Below are positions 32,447 to 42,647 of a stretch of DNA of 64,000 nucleotides, piece by piece. This DNA is from an uncultured Verrucomicrobiae bacterium (GTDB lineage: Bacteria > Verrucomicrobiota > Verrucomicrobiia > Chthoniobacterales > JAATET01), in contig CAVRCI010000013.1 of NCBI GenBank assembly GCA_963719495.1, positions 1-64,000 on the forward strand, in the 5' to 3' direction. Numbering within the stretch: the stretch's first letter is position 1; each line of letters starts with the position of its first letter. The translations under genes and the position numbers were made by a program. The notes under the pieces are model-generated. The model did not search any database. It was not told the DNA's origin and worked only from the letters and a program-made list of their open reading frames with translations.

Positions 32447-32958
32447 AGGGCCGTGTCCGCCACCACGAAGGCTTCCTGGAGCAAAGGCTCTTGGTCTCCC
32501 GCCAGCCGGGTCACGTCGCGATTTTTCGCGACTTTCACGAGCATCGTCGACGTTCGCGTGCCGGTAAAGGCAGCTCCCGATCCGGCTCCGGATTGGGCGA
32601 GAGTCGCCGAGTAAACGTATCCCGCGGGTCCGCCGATGCTAGCCGCGGTGGCGGACGCGATCTCCTCGCCGTCGCCGTCGAACCAGAAGACGGAACCAAC
32701 CAAGCCGCCAAGCTGATCGAACGGCGTCTGCTGCGTCTCCGCAAAGAGCCGCTGGACGATCTGGGCCCCGCGGGTCCGGTCGATCGAATCTCGCGCCGTG
32801 CCCAACGCGACGGGAAGCATGCCAAAGATCGCGACAAACGCGAAAGAGATGATGCCCAAGGCAAGGGTGATCTCGACGAGACTGAAGGCCCTCGGCGCCC
32901 TGAAACGATCCGGGGCGGATTTCGAGCAAGGCGGGCGGGATTTGATGGGGGGATTCAT
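32443..32958 (-). CDS. Verru_Chthon cassette protein B (pilin-like)
   Basis: AFSLVEITLALGIISFAFVAIFGMLPVAL; FDGDG. Confidence 0.9.
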   Translation of the reverse strand: MNPPIKSRPPCSKSAPDRFRAPRAFSLVEITLALGIISFAFVAIFGMLPVALGTARDSIDRTRGAQIVQRLFAETQQTPFDQLGGLVGSVFWFDGDGEEIASATAASIGGPAGYVYSATLAQSGAGSGAAFTGTRTSTMLVKVAKNRDVTRLAGDQEPLLQEAFVVADTAL

Positions 32959-33017
32959 AGTTTTAAGGGACAGATTTTAGCGGCACTTCGGGCGGTCAAC
33001 CGAGCTCGTCGCACCGA

Positions 33018-36000
33018 TCATTGCGCCAGTTGTTTGGTGTGCAGCACGCGGACCTTGTAGGGACCGAGCACGGCGTCGGGATCGTTCTCGTTCGTCGCGG
33101 CAACGGGGTTGCCCGAACCGTCGTCCGTGACGAGCGAGTCGTTATTTGGATCGAGATACCGTTCGATGAGGAACGATCCGCGGAAATCACCCGAGACCGT
33201 ATCGCGGGCCGAGTCGAACCCCCCCGCGGCGGCGCTGTCGGGGGTCGTCGATAGCCGCTGCACCCGCACGTGCACGGTGTAGGTGTTGGATTTCGTCGTC
33301 AGGCGTGGGTAGATGTGCGCGTAGGGCCGCTCGAGGGAGTTGTCGCCGGTGAGCGTGTGGGCGGTCCAGAAGGTTGAGAGAGCCGATTCGATCGCGGGGA
33401 CACCCGCTCCGCCCGAGACGATCCCCTCGGGGACCAGCGGGATGTCGCAGATCTCCGTGGCGGAGATGAAGGGCTTGGGCGTGGCGAACCGTTCCTCGAA
33501 GAACTCCAGGGTCGCGTCGGCGTCGATCTTCTTGCGGATCGAAACTCCCCGGGCCCCTTTGTCGCTGTGCGATCCGCTCAGCAGGACTCCGGTCTTGTAT
33601 TTTTGGACAAAAGTTCCCCCGCCCGAATCAAGTTCAGTTGGATTCATTGCCGTGATGCGCGCCGCGGCCAGCACCGCCCGCACACCGGTGTCGCGGCGGA
33701 TGTAATTAAACGGCGCGATGGCGTAGTTCATGTTGATCTTTCCCGCCGTCGAAAACGGTTCGCTGATCGCGTATGGCTCGACGACCGGCATCCAGAAATC
33801 ATCCAGCAAAAGGTGATCCGGAGGCGAGGCGCTGCCGGGATGATTGGTGCCACCGGGAAGGTAGGACCGCGCGGGGCGGAACAACAGGGTTTGCCAAGGC
33901 AATCCTCGTTTCACGCCGGTTGGCAGAGAGCCAAACATCACGGCGGACGGCATTTGCCGGTTGGGCGAGAAAAGCGTGGCCTCCACGTTGTTCGTGACGT
34001 CGTGTTTCTCCAAGGCACCGATGTAAGGGATGTTGTCGCCCATATCCTGGCTGGTTCCCTCATCGGCTTTGTTGAGGTAAGCGCCATCCGCCTGCAATCC
34101 CACCCCGTTATCCCAATCGCCCGGCTGGCCGGCCGCATTCATCACCCCGTCGATGCCGGGCGGCACGTCGGGGGTCTGAGTCGTTGATTTGTATTGATTG
34201 ATCCCCGCAACCAAATTTCCGAACTTCGCTCGCTTCGGACTCTCGACGTAATTTTGCTTGAGCGCGTGGGTGGCCTGCAATTCTCCCGCTTCGTCGATGA
34301 GTCCAAACAAGTCACCGATGTCTCCTCGCCCCGCAATGATCCTCGTGTCACCCCGGAGTTCGACGATTCCGTTATTTGGGACCAGACTGAAGACGCTATC
34401 AGCGTAGATCGGGAAGTTGTAATGGACCAAGTCCGTCCCGTCAGAAGTTGCTCTCCTGGCTTTGTTCTCCATCGACGTTGGTCCCTCCCTATCATTCCCA
34501 AGCATCGGAGCAAAAATCTCCAAATCTTCATCGAATTCATATTCGAAAGATTGCACCTCGGTCGGAGTCCCCCCTGAAAAGGGGGCTTCAATCGTGAAGG
34601 CAACCCGGCTCCCCTCTTCGATGATCAGCTTGTCCGTGCTCGTTTCCCGCCTCCCGTCGAGGGCGCTAATGATGTTGGGATGAGAGAACTCCTCGCTGAT
34701 TGGAATCGACTTTTTAAGGTTGTCCAGGGAGGCGTCGGCATCGACCGGTTTGAAGAACATGATCCCCGGAGACATGTAACCGCCAAGACGGGATTGGCCG
34801 TGCTGGCTACCGGGGGCGCCGTCAGCTGCGGCGGACCGCGGGATGTGCGCGGCGTACATCTCGACCGGATTAGTTTCACTGACCGGCGAACCATTCGGCC
34901 GGAACGGGATCGAAACGGAGCTCCCCGTGGACCCCGTCACGGCACCGTTGCGTCTCACCTTCCCGTTGATCTTGATATCGATCTCGGTGAACTTGATCGT
35001 CAGATTTGTCGCCATCGCGGACCAACCGTTCATCGGCGCGAACAACTCCGGGACCAACATGAGCTGCAGGTTGATCGGAGTTGTGTTTCCACTGCTGTCC
35101 TTGCTGCGGGTAATGAAGATGAACGCCAACTCCGAAACCGTCGGCATCCGCCCGAAACCGCGATAGCCAACCCCCGGACCGCTCGTCGGGATGATGGGGA
35201 CCACCATCCCCCGCTTGGCGTCGCGCTCGGCCGCCGGCAGCGAAGGATAGTCCGCGTAAGGCTGATCGACGGTACTGTCCTGGAGATTGAGGCAACGGAT
35301 GTAGTCGAAGATCTGCATGAGGACCTGATCGCTGTCGTTCGCCGGCGCCCCGCTCGTGTCCGCCCCACTCCACTTACCGGCAAAAGATCCGCCAAACCCC
35401 GGGATGGGCTGGGACATCAAACCCTGCAAATACGTGAAAAGCTGTTGGTTGCGGGGGTTCCAGTCCTCCGTGGTGCTCAGGGGATTTTGCCGAGTGAAGT
35501 AAAAGCGCTTGGCCGCGGAGCCGCTTCCGACCGTGCCGCACAGGGCGATCAATCGGTCGAAGGCGGTCCGATGACTACTCGCTGGATTTTCACTGATCGG
35601 CCAGGCGATCACGCGGGGCTTGTTGGACAAGGTCACCTCCGGGGATCGGCTGTTCGCGGTGAGGAAAAATTTGCTCTGCTCCAGCAATTGCCGACGCTTG
35701 AGCTTCCCGGCGGCGGTGTCGGGGAAAAGTGGATTTTCCGCGCGGCTCGCCCCGTCGAGCGAGGGGCTGAAGAGAAGTTCGTCCACCGAGGCGAAGAGGC
35801 GGTCGCCACCCGCCGAGAGGGTATCGCTGCCCCGCCTCGATCCGGCCAGAGACGAGTCCGGCCCGCCGGCAACGCGCGGCGAGATCGCGTAGATTTGTTC
35901 GAGAATCGCGGATTGTTGCTCGAACGTCGGGTTGGCCGAATTAATTCCGAGGTTCTCCGCGATTGCCCGCCCCAGAATCGGCGAGAGCGCGGTGGTCGCG

Positions 36001-36962
36001 GGGTGTCCCGGATAGCGCTGGTATTCGTGCTGCGACGGCTGGAACTGGGCGAAGTCCGCCTCGAATAATTCGTCTCCCCAACTGGTCGGGCGCGTCGCGA
36101 GATTGGATTCCCGGAAGCTCGCTCCGTTTGGAATCGTGTTGGCCACCGGGGTGTCCCACGGCGTTCCCTCGCTGGCGGTGTTGATGTTGACCTTGCTGGT
36201 TTCGTCGTCGGTCCAGAAGGCCAGGCGGGCCGTCGGCTTGTTGGTTGCGCTCGCTCCCGCGATCGCCACGCCCCCCCCGCCCTTTTCCGTGCCGGCCGAA
36301 ATGGTGCCGTCCTCGAGCAGGTAGAGCCATTTCACGGGCATCGCCAGCTTGGGCTCGGTGGACGTCGAGTTCCCCCAGGCCGACTCGAAGGAAAACCCCT
36401 CGACCTCACCCTCGGCGCGCGGGTCGATGATCGGAAAGAGAAAGTGCTCGGACCGCACCCCCGATGAACTGAGAAGCGTCGTCTTGACCGGATCGTTGAT
36501 GTCCACGTAGACGTCCGGCTGCCCCGCCCATTCCCCCGCGCCGGGAAGGTCGTCCTTGTCCGCCGGATCGAACTCCCCGGTGACCGTCATCTGGTCGTCG
36601 GAGTAGAGCTTGTAGGCGCGGGACGGGTCGCCCGACGTGTCGAAGGTGCGAATCAAACCCGGCTGCGAGACCCAGGCCTCCTCGGGACGGGTCGTCGCCT
36701 CCTGGATCTGACCGATCACGAGGTTGAGCGCCGTCTCCGAGAGAATGCGGGTCGAGATGCCCTTCTCGTAACTCACCGAGGAGGAAAGATCGGTGCGCAC
36801 CGCCGTGAGCAGGGCCACGACCAGACCGGTCACCAGAACAAGCATGGCGAGGACCAGGACCAACGCGGCGCCTCCGCTGGCGCGGCGCGGAGATCTTCGA
36901 GACCGAATCAGGATGATCGGAACGCGATGAGCGCGCGAGCGGCGGAAACAAGTGGGGTGCAT
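33018..36962 (-). CDS. Verru_Chthon cassette protein A (large PilX/GspK-like N-terminus)
   Basis: GAALVLVL; WVSQPGLIR, YKLYS, MPVKWLY, AFWTDDETSKVNINTASEG, RYPGHPATT, FSTAGKINMN, YPRLTTKSNT, ERYLDP. Confidence 0.93.
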   Translation of the reverse strand: MHPTCFRRSRAHRVPIILIRSRRSPRRASGGAALVLVLAMLVLVTGLVVALLTAVRTDLSSSVSYEKGISTRILSETALNLVIGQIQEATTRPEEAWVSQPGLIRTFDTSGDPSRAYKLYSDDQMTVTGEFDPADKDDLPGAGEWAGQPDVYVDINDPVKTTLLSSSGVRSEHFLFPIIDPRAEGEVEGFSFESAWGNSTSTEPKLAMPVKWLYLLEDGTISAGTEKGGGGVAIAGASATNKPTARLAFWTDDETSKVNINTASEGTPWDTPVANTIPNGASFRESNLATRPTSWGDELFEADFAQFQPSQHEYQRYPGHPATTALSPILGRAIAENLGINSANPTFEQQSAILEQIYAISPRVAGGPDSSLAGSRRGSDTLSAGGDRLFASVDELLFSPSLDGASRAENPLFPDTAAGKLKRRQLLEQSKFFLTANSRSPEVTLSNKPRVIAWPISENPASSHRTAFDRLIALCGTVGSGSAAKRFYFTRQNPLSTTEDWNPRNQQLFTYLQGLMSQPIPGFGGSFAGKWSGADTSGAPANDSDQVLMQIFDYIRCLNLQDSTVDQPYADYPSLPAAERDAKRGMVVPIIPTSGPGVGYRGFGRMPTVSELAFIFITRSKDSSGNTTPINLQLMLVPELFAPMNGWSAMATNLTIKFTEIDIKINGKVRRNGAVTGSTGSSVSIPFRPNGSPVSETNPVEMYAAHIPRSAAADGAPGSQHGQSRLGGYMSPGIMFFKPVDADASLDNLKKSIPISEEFSHPNIISALDGRRETSTDKLIIEEGSRVAFTIEAPFSGGTPTEVQSFEYEFDEDLEIFAPMLGNDREGPTSMENKARRATSDGTDLVHYNFPIYADSVFSLVPNNGIVELRGDTRIIAGRGDIGDLFGLIDEAGELQATHALKQNYVESPKRAKFGNLVAGINQYKSTTQTPDVPPGIDGVMNAAGQPGDWDNGVGLQADGAYLNKADEGTSQDMGDNIPYIGALEKHDVTNNVEATLFSPNRQMPSAVMFGSLPTGVKRGLPWQTLLFRPARSYLPGGTNHPGSASPPDHLLLDDFWMPVVEPYAISEPFSTAGKINMNYAIAPFNYIRRDTGVRAVLAAARITAMNPTELDSGGGTFVQKYKTGVLLSGSHSDKGARGVSIRKKIDADATLEFFEERFATPKPFISATEICDIPLVPEGIVSGGAGVPAIESALSTFWTAHTLTGDNSLERPYAHIYPRLTTKSNTYTVHVRVQRLSTTPDSAAAGGFDSARDTVSGDFRGSFLIERYLDPNNDSLVTDDGSGNPVAATNENDPDAVLGPYKVRVLHTKQLAQ

Positions 36963-37018
36963 TGCGGGGGGGAGAGGAGGACTGAGAGCACCTCGTCGGT
37001 CAGGCGCTGATCCCAAAA

Positions 37019-37034
37019 ATTACACCGCTCTAAA
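37019..37034. promoter_or_regulatory. candidate LacI-family operator in the divergent cassette-A/lacI promoter
   Basis: ATTACAC-CG-CTCTAAA; an overlapping TAAAAGCGTTTGCA is also LacI-box-like. Confidence 0.45.
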
Positions 37035-37391
37035 AGCGTTTGCAAAATATTTTATCGGGCGCGGTCGACTTTCCAAAGATCCAACCTTTCTGTCTTGGCG
37101 AGAAACAGTCAACGCACTCCTGCCGAGAGGCGGTTCGCGGGGCGATAGCCGCGAGAGTTGGCTGTCGCCGGGCCGCGCTCGACGCCGGATGGCCGCGACG
37201 CGTCTCGCGAGGATGCCGGGCTGGCGGGGGACCGCCCTCCCCTTGCTTTGCTGGCAACAACAACCTTCGTGATCACACCGGGTCATTCGGGCAATGCGGC
37301 CCGCTGATTTTGATCGGTCGCATGACGGCTACAAAAATGAGTCTGCTATTTCCCGGTAAACTAGATAAGAGTCTCACGTCACCAGCTTTCC

Positions 37392-38477
37392 ATGTCCGTT
37401 ACTCTCCAAGACATCGCGAATCACGCGAATGTCAGCCTGCCGACCGCCAGTCAGATTCTGAGTCCGCTCAGCAAACGGGCGGGGCTTTTCTCCGAGGCGA
37501 CGCGCCAACGCGTCCGGCGGGCAGCGGACGAGCTATGTTACCGGCCAAATTCCTCCGCGCGGTCGATGGCAACGGGGCGCTTCGGAGCGGTCACGTTGGT
37601 CCTGAGCCACCACGACAATCGCAGTATTTTGCCCCACTCCCTCCTGGCTGGAATCGAAGGCAGCCTGGCGAGCACCGACCTTCACCTGATGATCGCCCGG
37701 CTCCCGGACCAGAAGCTGACCGACGCCGGGGCGATGCCCAAGCTCATGCGGGAACTGGCCTCCGATGGCTTGCTCATCAATTACAACGCCCACATCCCCA
37801 GCCGGATGATCGAGCTGGTCGATCAATACCGTCTGCCGAGCGTCTGGATCAACACCAAGCAGACCAACGCGTGCGTCTATCCCGACGACGAACGCGCCGG
37901 CTACGAGTTGACCAAGCTTCTGCTCGAAAATGGACACGAGCGCATTGCGTTCGTCGACTACACCTACGGCCTCAGGCCCAAAGAGCCTCACTACAGTAAT
38001 CCCGACCGTCGGGCGGGATATCGGCGGGCCATGCGCGAAGCCAGGCTCGCCCCCCGCATCGTTTGTGGCGCGGGGAACATCCTCCGATCCGAGCGAATCG
38101 AGTTCTCACGCCAGTGGATCGAGGCACCGGACCACCCCACCGGCGTGGTCTGCTACACCCACCACGAGTCCGCGGCCATTCTCGCCACGGCGGATCGCCT
38201 TGGACTCTCCGTCCCACGTGACTTGGCCGTCGTCACCGTTCACGACGAGCCGGCGCATCATTACGACATCAGCATCCCCACTGCAGTCCTTCCAGAACGT
38301 GAGATCGGTTCGCGAGCCGTGACCCTGCTGGCCGCCCAGATCGCCACCAAAAATACCGCCTGCGAGTCGTTCTGCGTGCCGCTGAGCATCGTCCACGCGG
38401 ACCAGGTCTTTCCGCCGGGGATCGTTCCCCGCGCCGCCCGCACCGGGCGCGACTCGCGCGGAGCGTCCGGCGCTTAA
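37392..38477 (+). CDS. LacI-family transcriptional regulator
   Basis: VTLQDIANHANVSLPTASQIL HTH, YRPNSSAR hinge, VPRDLAVV. Confidence 0.95.
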   Translation: MSVTLQDIANHANVSLPTASQILSPLSKRAGLFSEATRQRVRRAADELCYRPNSSARSMATGRFGAVTLVLSHHDNRSILPHSLLAGIEGSLASTDLHLMIARLPDQKLTDAGAMPKLMRELASDGLLINYNAHIPSRMIELVDQYRLPSVWINTKQTNACVYPDDERAGYELTKLLLENGHERIAFVDYTYGLRPKEPHYSNPDRRAGYRRAMREARLAPRIVCGAGNILRSERIEFSRQWIEAPDHPTGVVCYTHHESAAILATADRLGLSVPRDLAVVTVHDEPAHHYDISIPTAVLPEREIGSRAVTLLAAQIATKNTACESFCVPLSIVHADQVFPPGIVPRAARTGRDSRGASGA

Positions 38478-38548
38478 GCAAACCGCTGGTTACGGAAAGT
38501 TGCCCCCCCTTTTGGCACCCGCCGCGAAAAAATTGTCGCTTCCCTTAG

Positions 38549-38564
38549 TTTAAAGCGCGATAAA
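38549..38564. promoter_or_regulatory. candidate LacI-family operator
   Basis: TTTAAAG-CG-CGATAAA 13 bp upstream of the GH43 start. Confidence 0.5.
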
Positions 38565-38577
38565 TTAGGTTTCGACG

Positions 38578-40020
38578 ATGAAACCGCCCGCCACGTATTG
38601 CAATCCGCTCCCGCTCCCGAACTTCCAGCGCGGGAGAGTGTCCGCCACGTCGCGGAAAGGGGCCAATCCCGGCTGGGGCTGGACGAACCCAACCGCGCGG
38701 GTAGATTTCCGCGAAATGGCCGACCCGACCGTCATCCGCTTTGACGATCGGTGGTACCTCTTTCCGTCCGCCGGACTGCTCTGGCACTCGGATGACATGG
38801 TGCGCTGGGAGTTTCGCTCCATCGAACCCTTCGATCTCGGATACGCGCCGACCGTTGTCGAATGGCACGATCCAGCGGGTGAGCGCTGGCTGTTGCTGAC
38901 CGCGTGCGGATCGGGGATGTGGCGCGCCCGCCACCCCTTCGGACCCTGGGAAGACATCGGGCCGATCCGGGATGAAAACGACGAGCCCTCCACCTGGGCC
39001 GATCCGGCTCTGTTCGTCGACGACGATGGCGCGCTCTATTGCTACAGCGGCCTCGGCTCCGACGGGATTTACGTGGTGCCGCTCCGGGCCGACAACCCGG
39101 CTTACTGCGCCTCGGCGCGGCAGAGTTGCTTCGCCTTCGACCCGGCGCACCTCTGGGAACGCGCCGGGGAATTCAACGAAAACATCGAGAAATCCTTCGT
39201 CGAGGGAGCCTGGATGACCAAGCACGAGGGCCGCTATTATCTCCAATATTCCGCGAACGGAACGGAATGGAAGAACTACGCCGTGGGATGCTACATCGGC
39301 GAGACTCCACTCGGACCGTGGCGGTATCAGACGCGCAACCCGATCCTCATCGCGCCGCGGGGAAATTTCGTCAACGGCGCGGCGCACCATTCGATCGTCG
39401 AAGGGCCGGACGGCACGCTCTGGTGTTTCTACACGACGCTCGTCCGGATCGAACACGCCTTCGAGCGCCGAATCGGAATGGACCCGGCCGGATTCGACGG
39501 CGACGGCGACCTCTTCGTCGCCGGCCCGACCGAGACTCCCCAGCTCGCGCCCGGCAGCATCCCGCATCCCGCCGAGGGAAACGGCACGGGCTGGTTGCCC
39601 GTCTCCGTGAACCGCTTTTCGTGCGCTTCGAGCTACGCCCCCGGCCGCGAGCCGTCCTTCGCCTTCGACCACGAAATCCGGACCTGGTGGGAAGCCGAGA
39701 CCACCGATGAGTTGCCCTGGATCGAGGTCAATCTCGATCGCGACTGGGATCTCACCGCCTCGCGCATCTGCTTCGCGGACCGAGGATTGGACTACGCGTC
39801 CGGAATCGTTCCTGGCCCCTACCGCTACCGCATCGAAGGCAGTCTTGACGGAGTTTCCTGGACCCTGCTTTGCGACCAGAGCACCAACGAAACGGATCGA
39901 CACATCGTCTACGACACCTGGACGGCCCAGCCGGCACAAATGGTCCGCTTAACGATCATCGAAGCGCCGAAGGGTATGCGCGTCGGTGTGTGGGAATGGA
40001 CTCTCTTCGCCCAGACCTGA
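38578..40020 (+). CDS. glycoside hydrolase family 43 with C-terminal F5/8 type C-like domain
   Basis: ADPTVI, ADPALFVDDDG, VEGAWMTK catalytic motifs; ASSY..AFD...TWW..WIEVNL; no signal peptide. Confidence 0.88.
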   Translation: MKPPATYCNPLPLPNFQRGRVSATSRKGANPGWGWTNPTARVDFREMADPTVIRFDDRWYLFPSAGLLWHSDDMVRWEFRSIEPFDLGYAPTVVEWHDPAGERWLLLTACGSGMWRARHPFGPWEDIGPIRDENDEPSTWADPALFVDDDGALYCYSGLGSDGIYVVPLRADNPAYCASARQSCFAFDPAHLWERAGEFNENIEKSFVEGAWMTKHEGRYYLQYSANGTEWKNYAVGCYIGETPLGPWRYQTRNPILIAPRGNFVNGAAHHSIVEGPDGTLWCFYTTLVRIEHAFERRIGMDPAGFDGDGDLFVAGPTETPQLAPGSIPHPAEGNGTGWLPVSVNRFSCASSYAPGREPSFAFDHEIRTWWEAETTDELPWIEVNLDRDWDLTASRICFADRGLDYASGIVPGPYRYRIEGSLDGVSWTLLCDQSTNETDRHIVYDTWTAQPAQMVRLTIIEAPKGMRVGVWEWTLFAQT

Positions 40021-40059
40021 ACCGACCTCATGGGCGGGAGCCGAGGCTGAGCGCCGATT

Positions 40060-42567
40060 TCAGTCCCCGACCTCCAGCCGGAAGAACGGTCCGCCGACCG
40101 TCGTGGCCGTGGGTGACTGAGTAAACTCGATTTGCACCCGGCCATCCGCGAGCGACGTCCGGCTGGTCTCGGTCAATGAGGATGCGGGATCCCAATCGAC
40201 GAGATTGCTCGATTTCAGGATGGTCACCGCGATGTCAGTCGCCTCCGGATTCAACTTGAAGGTCAGCCGCAACGGCGACTGCCCGGAGGCGGGTCTGAGC
40301 TCGACGTCTCCACTGGGAGCGTCGCCCGAGTCGAGGGGATCGGTCCCGAAGAAATATTCGATCGAGTTACTCGCGGCGTCCCCGTCCGGGTTCTCCCCCC
40401 GCCCCAGACCCGCCGCCGCGGTGACCGCGTCCGGGGTCGCGAAGCGTTCGGCCCAACGAGTGTAGCCGCTCTTTTGTGGCCGGGGATCCGCCGAAGGTGT
40501 CGTCATGTCGTAGGGCAGCTCCCAATACTGCGAACCGTCCTGGTTCCCGAAGAAAAGGTGAACCTCGCTCTGGACCTCGGGATTCCCGTCCGCCCAGAAA
40601 GCGAAGAATGGATCCGCCGCGTCCTGCGGCGAACGAGCGTAGCCCGGCTTGCGCGGGCTGCCGCGCGTGATCGTCTTCCGCTTGGCCCAAGTTTCCCCCT
40701 CGTCTTCCGAAACCCACGTCTCCATTTCGCCGCCCTGCCCCCAGAACCGTTCGATCTCCGCCTGCGTGGCCCCGGCCACCGGCGCGGTGCCGGCTCCGCT
40801 GGGGATGACCGCCGTCCAGACCCCTCCCGCGAGGTCGAGACTCCCGGTGTTGTAGTTGTGGATCACGGTCGAGCTGGCCGTCGCCGCCGTCGGCAGAGTC
40901 GACGTTCTCCATTGCGCTCCCGTCCAGGACGTCACGTGCAGAAGCCGGGGTTCGCCCGGCGGACCCGGGCGATAATCCGCCGACGTGAGGTAGAAAATGT
41001 GCGGCCGCCCGGCGCCGTCGAAGACCAAGTCCTTCACGTAAACGAGTCGCCCCTGGGCCGCGTAATCGATCACCCGCGCCGGCGTCGCCGGATCCTCGAG
41101 CGGCAGCGGGAGCTCCGTTCCATCCGCCGTGTGCCAGCTCGCGCCGAAGTCGTCGGTCTCGGTGTAATACAAGTCGGTGCGACGGTCCACGTTGCCGTTC
41201 GGATGTCGATTAAACGCCGTCCCGACCCGATTGCCACTGTGCCCGCTCACTTGATAATGCCCGCCCATCCCCGCCAATTCGACCCCCGGAGTCCAATTTT
41301 GCGCGTCCGGCCCGCGCTGGAAATACAGTTCCCGCCCCCCGGTGTAGCGGGTGAACATGAAGAAAAACTGCTCGTCTCCCGCCGCCGTCGAACCCGGGAG
41401 ATACCAGATCTGCGGGTAAGTGAACGCCGCGCCACCCTCCGGCGAGATCCGCTCGAACGATTCGATGCTGTAGGGTTCGTAGCTCCGGAAGATGACGCCG
41501 TTGCGGCTCGTGTTCCGTCCCGAAACGAAGCCGTAAACGTGGCCCTCCCGGTCGAGCTGGATCGCCGCGTTGTCGTGCGGATCGTCCACGCCATCCTTAT
41601 CCATCACGATCGTCGGACGCGGCACCTGCCCGGTGACGTGATCGTACCACCCCGCCATGATGAGGAGGTGATTCTCATCCGCCCGCGTCGTCCCCCCGTA
41701 GGTGAAGAACGTTTTCCCAACCGCCGGGGCGTAGACCGCCATCGGCCGGTGCTTGGCCGTGTAGGTCGCCAGCCCGCCGGAATACTTCGGCCCGTAGGTC
41801 GAGTATTGGCCGAGATTGAACCACAATCCCCTGTAACCATTCGCTTTCGGATTGGCCGGATGGGTGAATGGAAAGAGGAGATCCGACCCCGCCACCGCTT
41901 CATCCTGGATCAGCACCCGGCCGATCCGGCCCGCGAAGGGCGAGGTCGCCTGCGCCGTCGACCCAATGGTCAACGGAGCGGTCGAATCCTTCAGCGCGGG
42001 CACCAGCCCGTCGATCACGACCGACTCCTCCGGGGTGCCGTCCGTGAGATTCTTGAGAACCACCCGCCCGGACCGCCCGTCAACGATCAGTCCCAGATAG
42101 TAGTCTTTCCCCGATGCCACCGACAGGACGTCGAGATTGGTCGACGTCGAGACTCCATCGGCGCTCCGCAAGATTCGCACCCGCCCGTCGTTGAGACCCA
42201 CCACCCACGATCTCTCGCCAGCCCCGCCATTCCAGTGGCCGACCAACACCTGGGTGGAAGAATTCGCGGCGTTCGTCGCGTTGAACAAAACCTCCACCGT
42301 CATCGTCGCGTCGGTCCACACCGACGCGTCTGGTGTCGACACGTAGCCACCACCCGAGAGTTCCGCCGACTGCCCTAAATTCACCGTTGCAACAAGCGGA
42401 GTCACCGTCGGCGCGTCAATCGCCAACGATCGTCCACCCCCCGAGCTGTCCGCCAGGAAGCCCGGCTGGGCCTCGAACTCCCAATCCGCCAACGTGGCTG
42501 CGGGCAAAAGAACCGGCGCGGTCAGCCCGAAAACGCACGGCAAAAGCAGAGAGTAGCGAGCAAACAT
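40060..42567 (-). CDS. secreted LamG + BNR-4 repeat protein (putative polysaccharide lyase/hydrolase) with C-terminal DGD..EY..GTDP module
   Basis: signal peptide; LamG-like N-terminus; KYSGGLATYTAKH, DPHDNA, FTYPQ, TDDFGASW; tail YTRW..PDGD..SNSIEYFFGTDP. Confidence 0.8.
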   Translation of the reverse strand: MFARYSLLLPCVFGLTAPVLLPAATLADWEFEAQPGFLADSSGGGRSLAIDAPTVTPLVATVNLGQSAELSGGGYVSTPDASVWTDATMTVEVLFNATNAANSSTQVLVGHWNGGAGERSWVVGLNDGRVRILRSADGVSTSTNLDVLSVASGKDYYLGLIVDGRSGRVVLKNLTDGTPEESVVIDGLVPALKDSTAPLTIGSTAQATSPFAGRIGRVLIQDEAVAGSDLLFPFTHPANPKANGYRGLWFNLGQYSTYGPKYSGGLATYTAKHRPMAVYAPAVGKTFFTYGGTTRADENHLLIMAGWYDHVTGQVPRPTIVMDKDGVDDPHDNAAIQLDREGHVYGFVSGRNTSRNGVIFRSYEPYSIESFERISPEGGAAFTYPQIWYLPGSTAAGDEQFFFMFTRYTGGRELYFQRGPDAQNWTPGVELAGMGGHYQVSGHSGNRVGTAFNRHPNGNVDRRTDLYYTETDDFGASWHTADGTELPLPLEDPATPARVIDYAAQGRLVYVKDLVFDGAGRPHIFYLTSADYRPGPPGEPRLLHVTSWTGAQWRTSTLPTAATASSTVIHNYNTGSLDLAGGVWTAVIPSGAGTAPVAGATQAEIERFWGQGGEMETWVSEDEGETWAKRKTITRGSPRKPGYARSPQDAADPFFAFWADGNPEVQSEVHLFFGNQDGSQYWELPYDMTTPSADPRPQKSGYTRWAERFATPDAVTAAAGLGRGENPDGDAASNSIEYFFGTDPLDSGDAPSGDVELRPASGQSPLRLTFKLNPEATDIAVTILKSSNLVDWDPASSLTETSRTSLADGRVQIEFTQSPTATTVGGPFFRLEVGD

Positions 42568-42647
42568 GAAGCCGGGGGACCAAGAGCGGCGCGACACAGT
42601 CCGAACGGACCGTCGCGCCTCTCCGCAGATCCGGTGAGCCGGATGAA

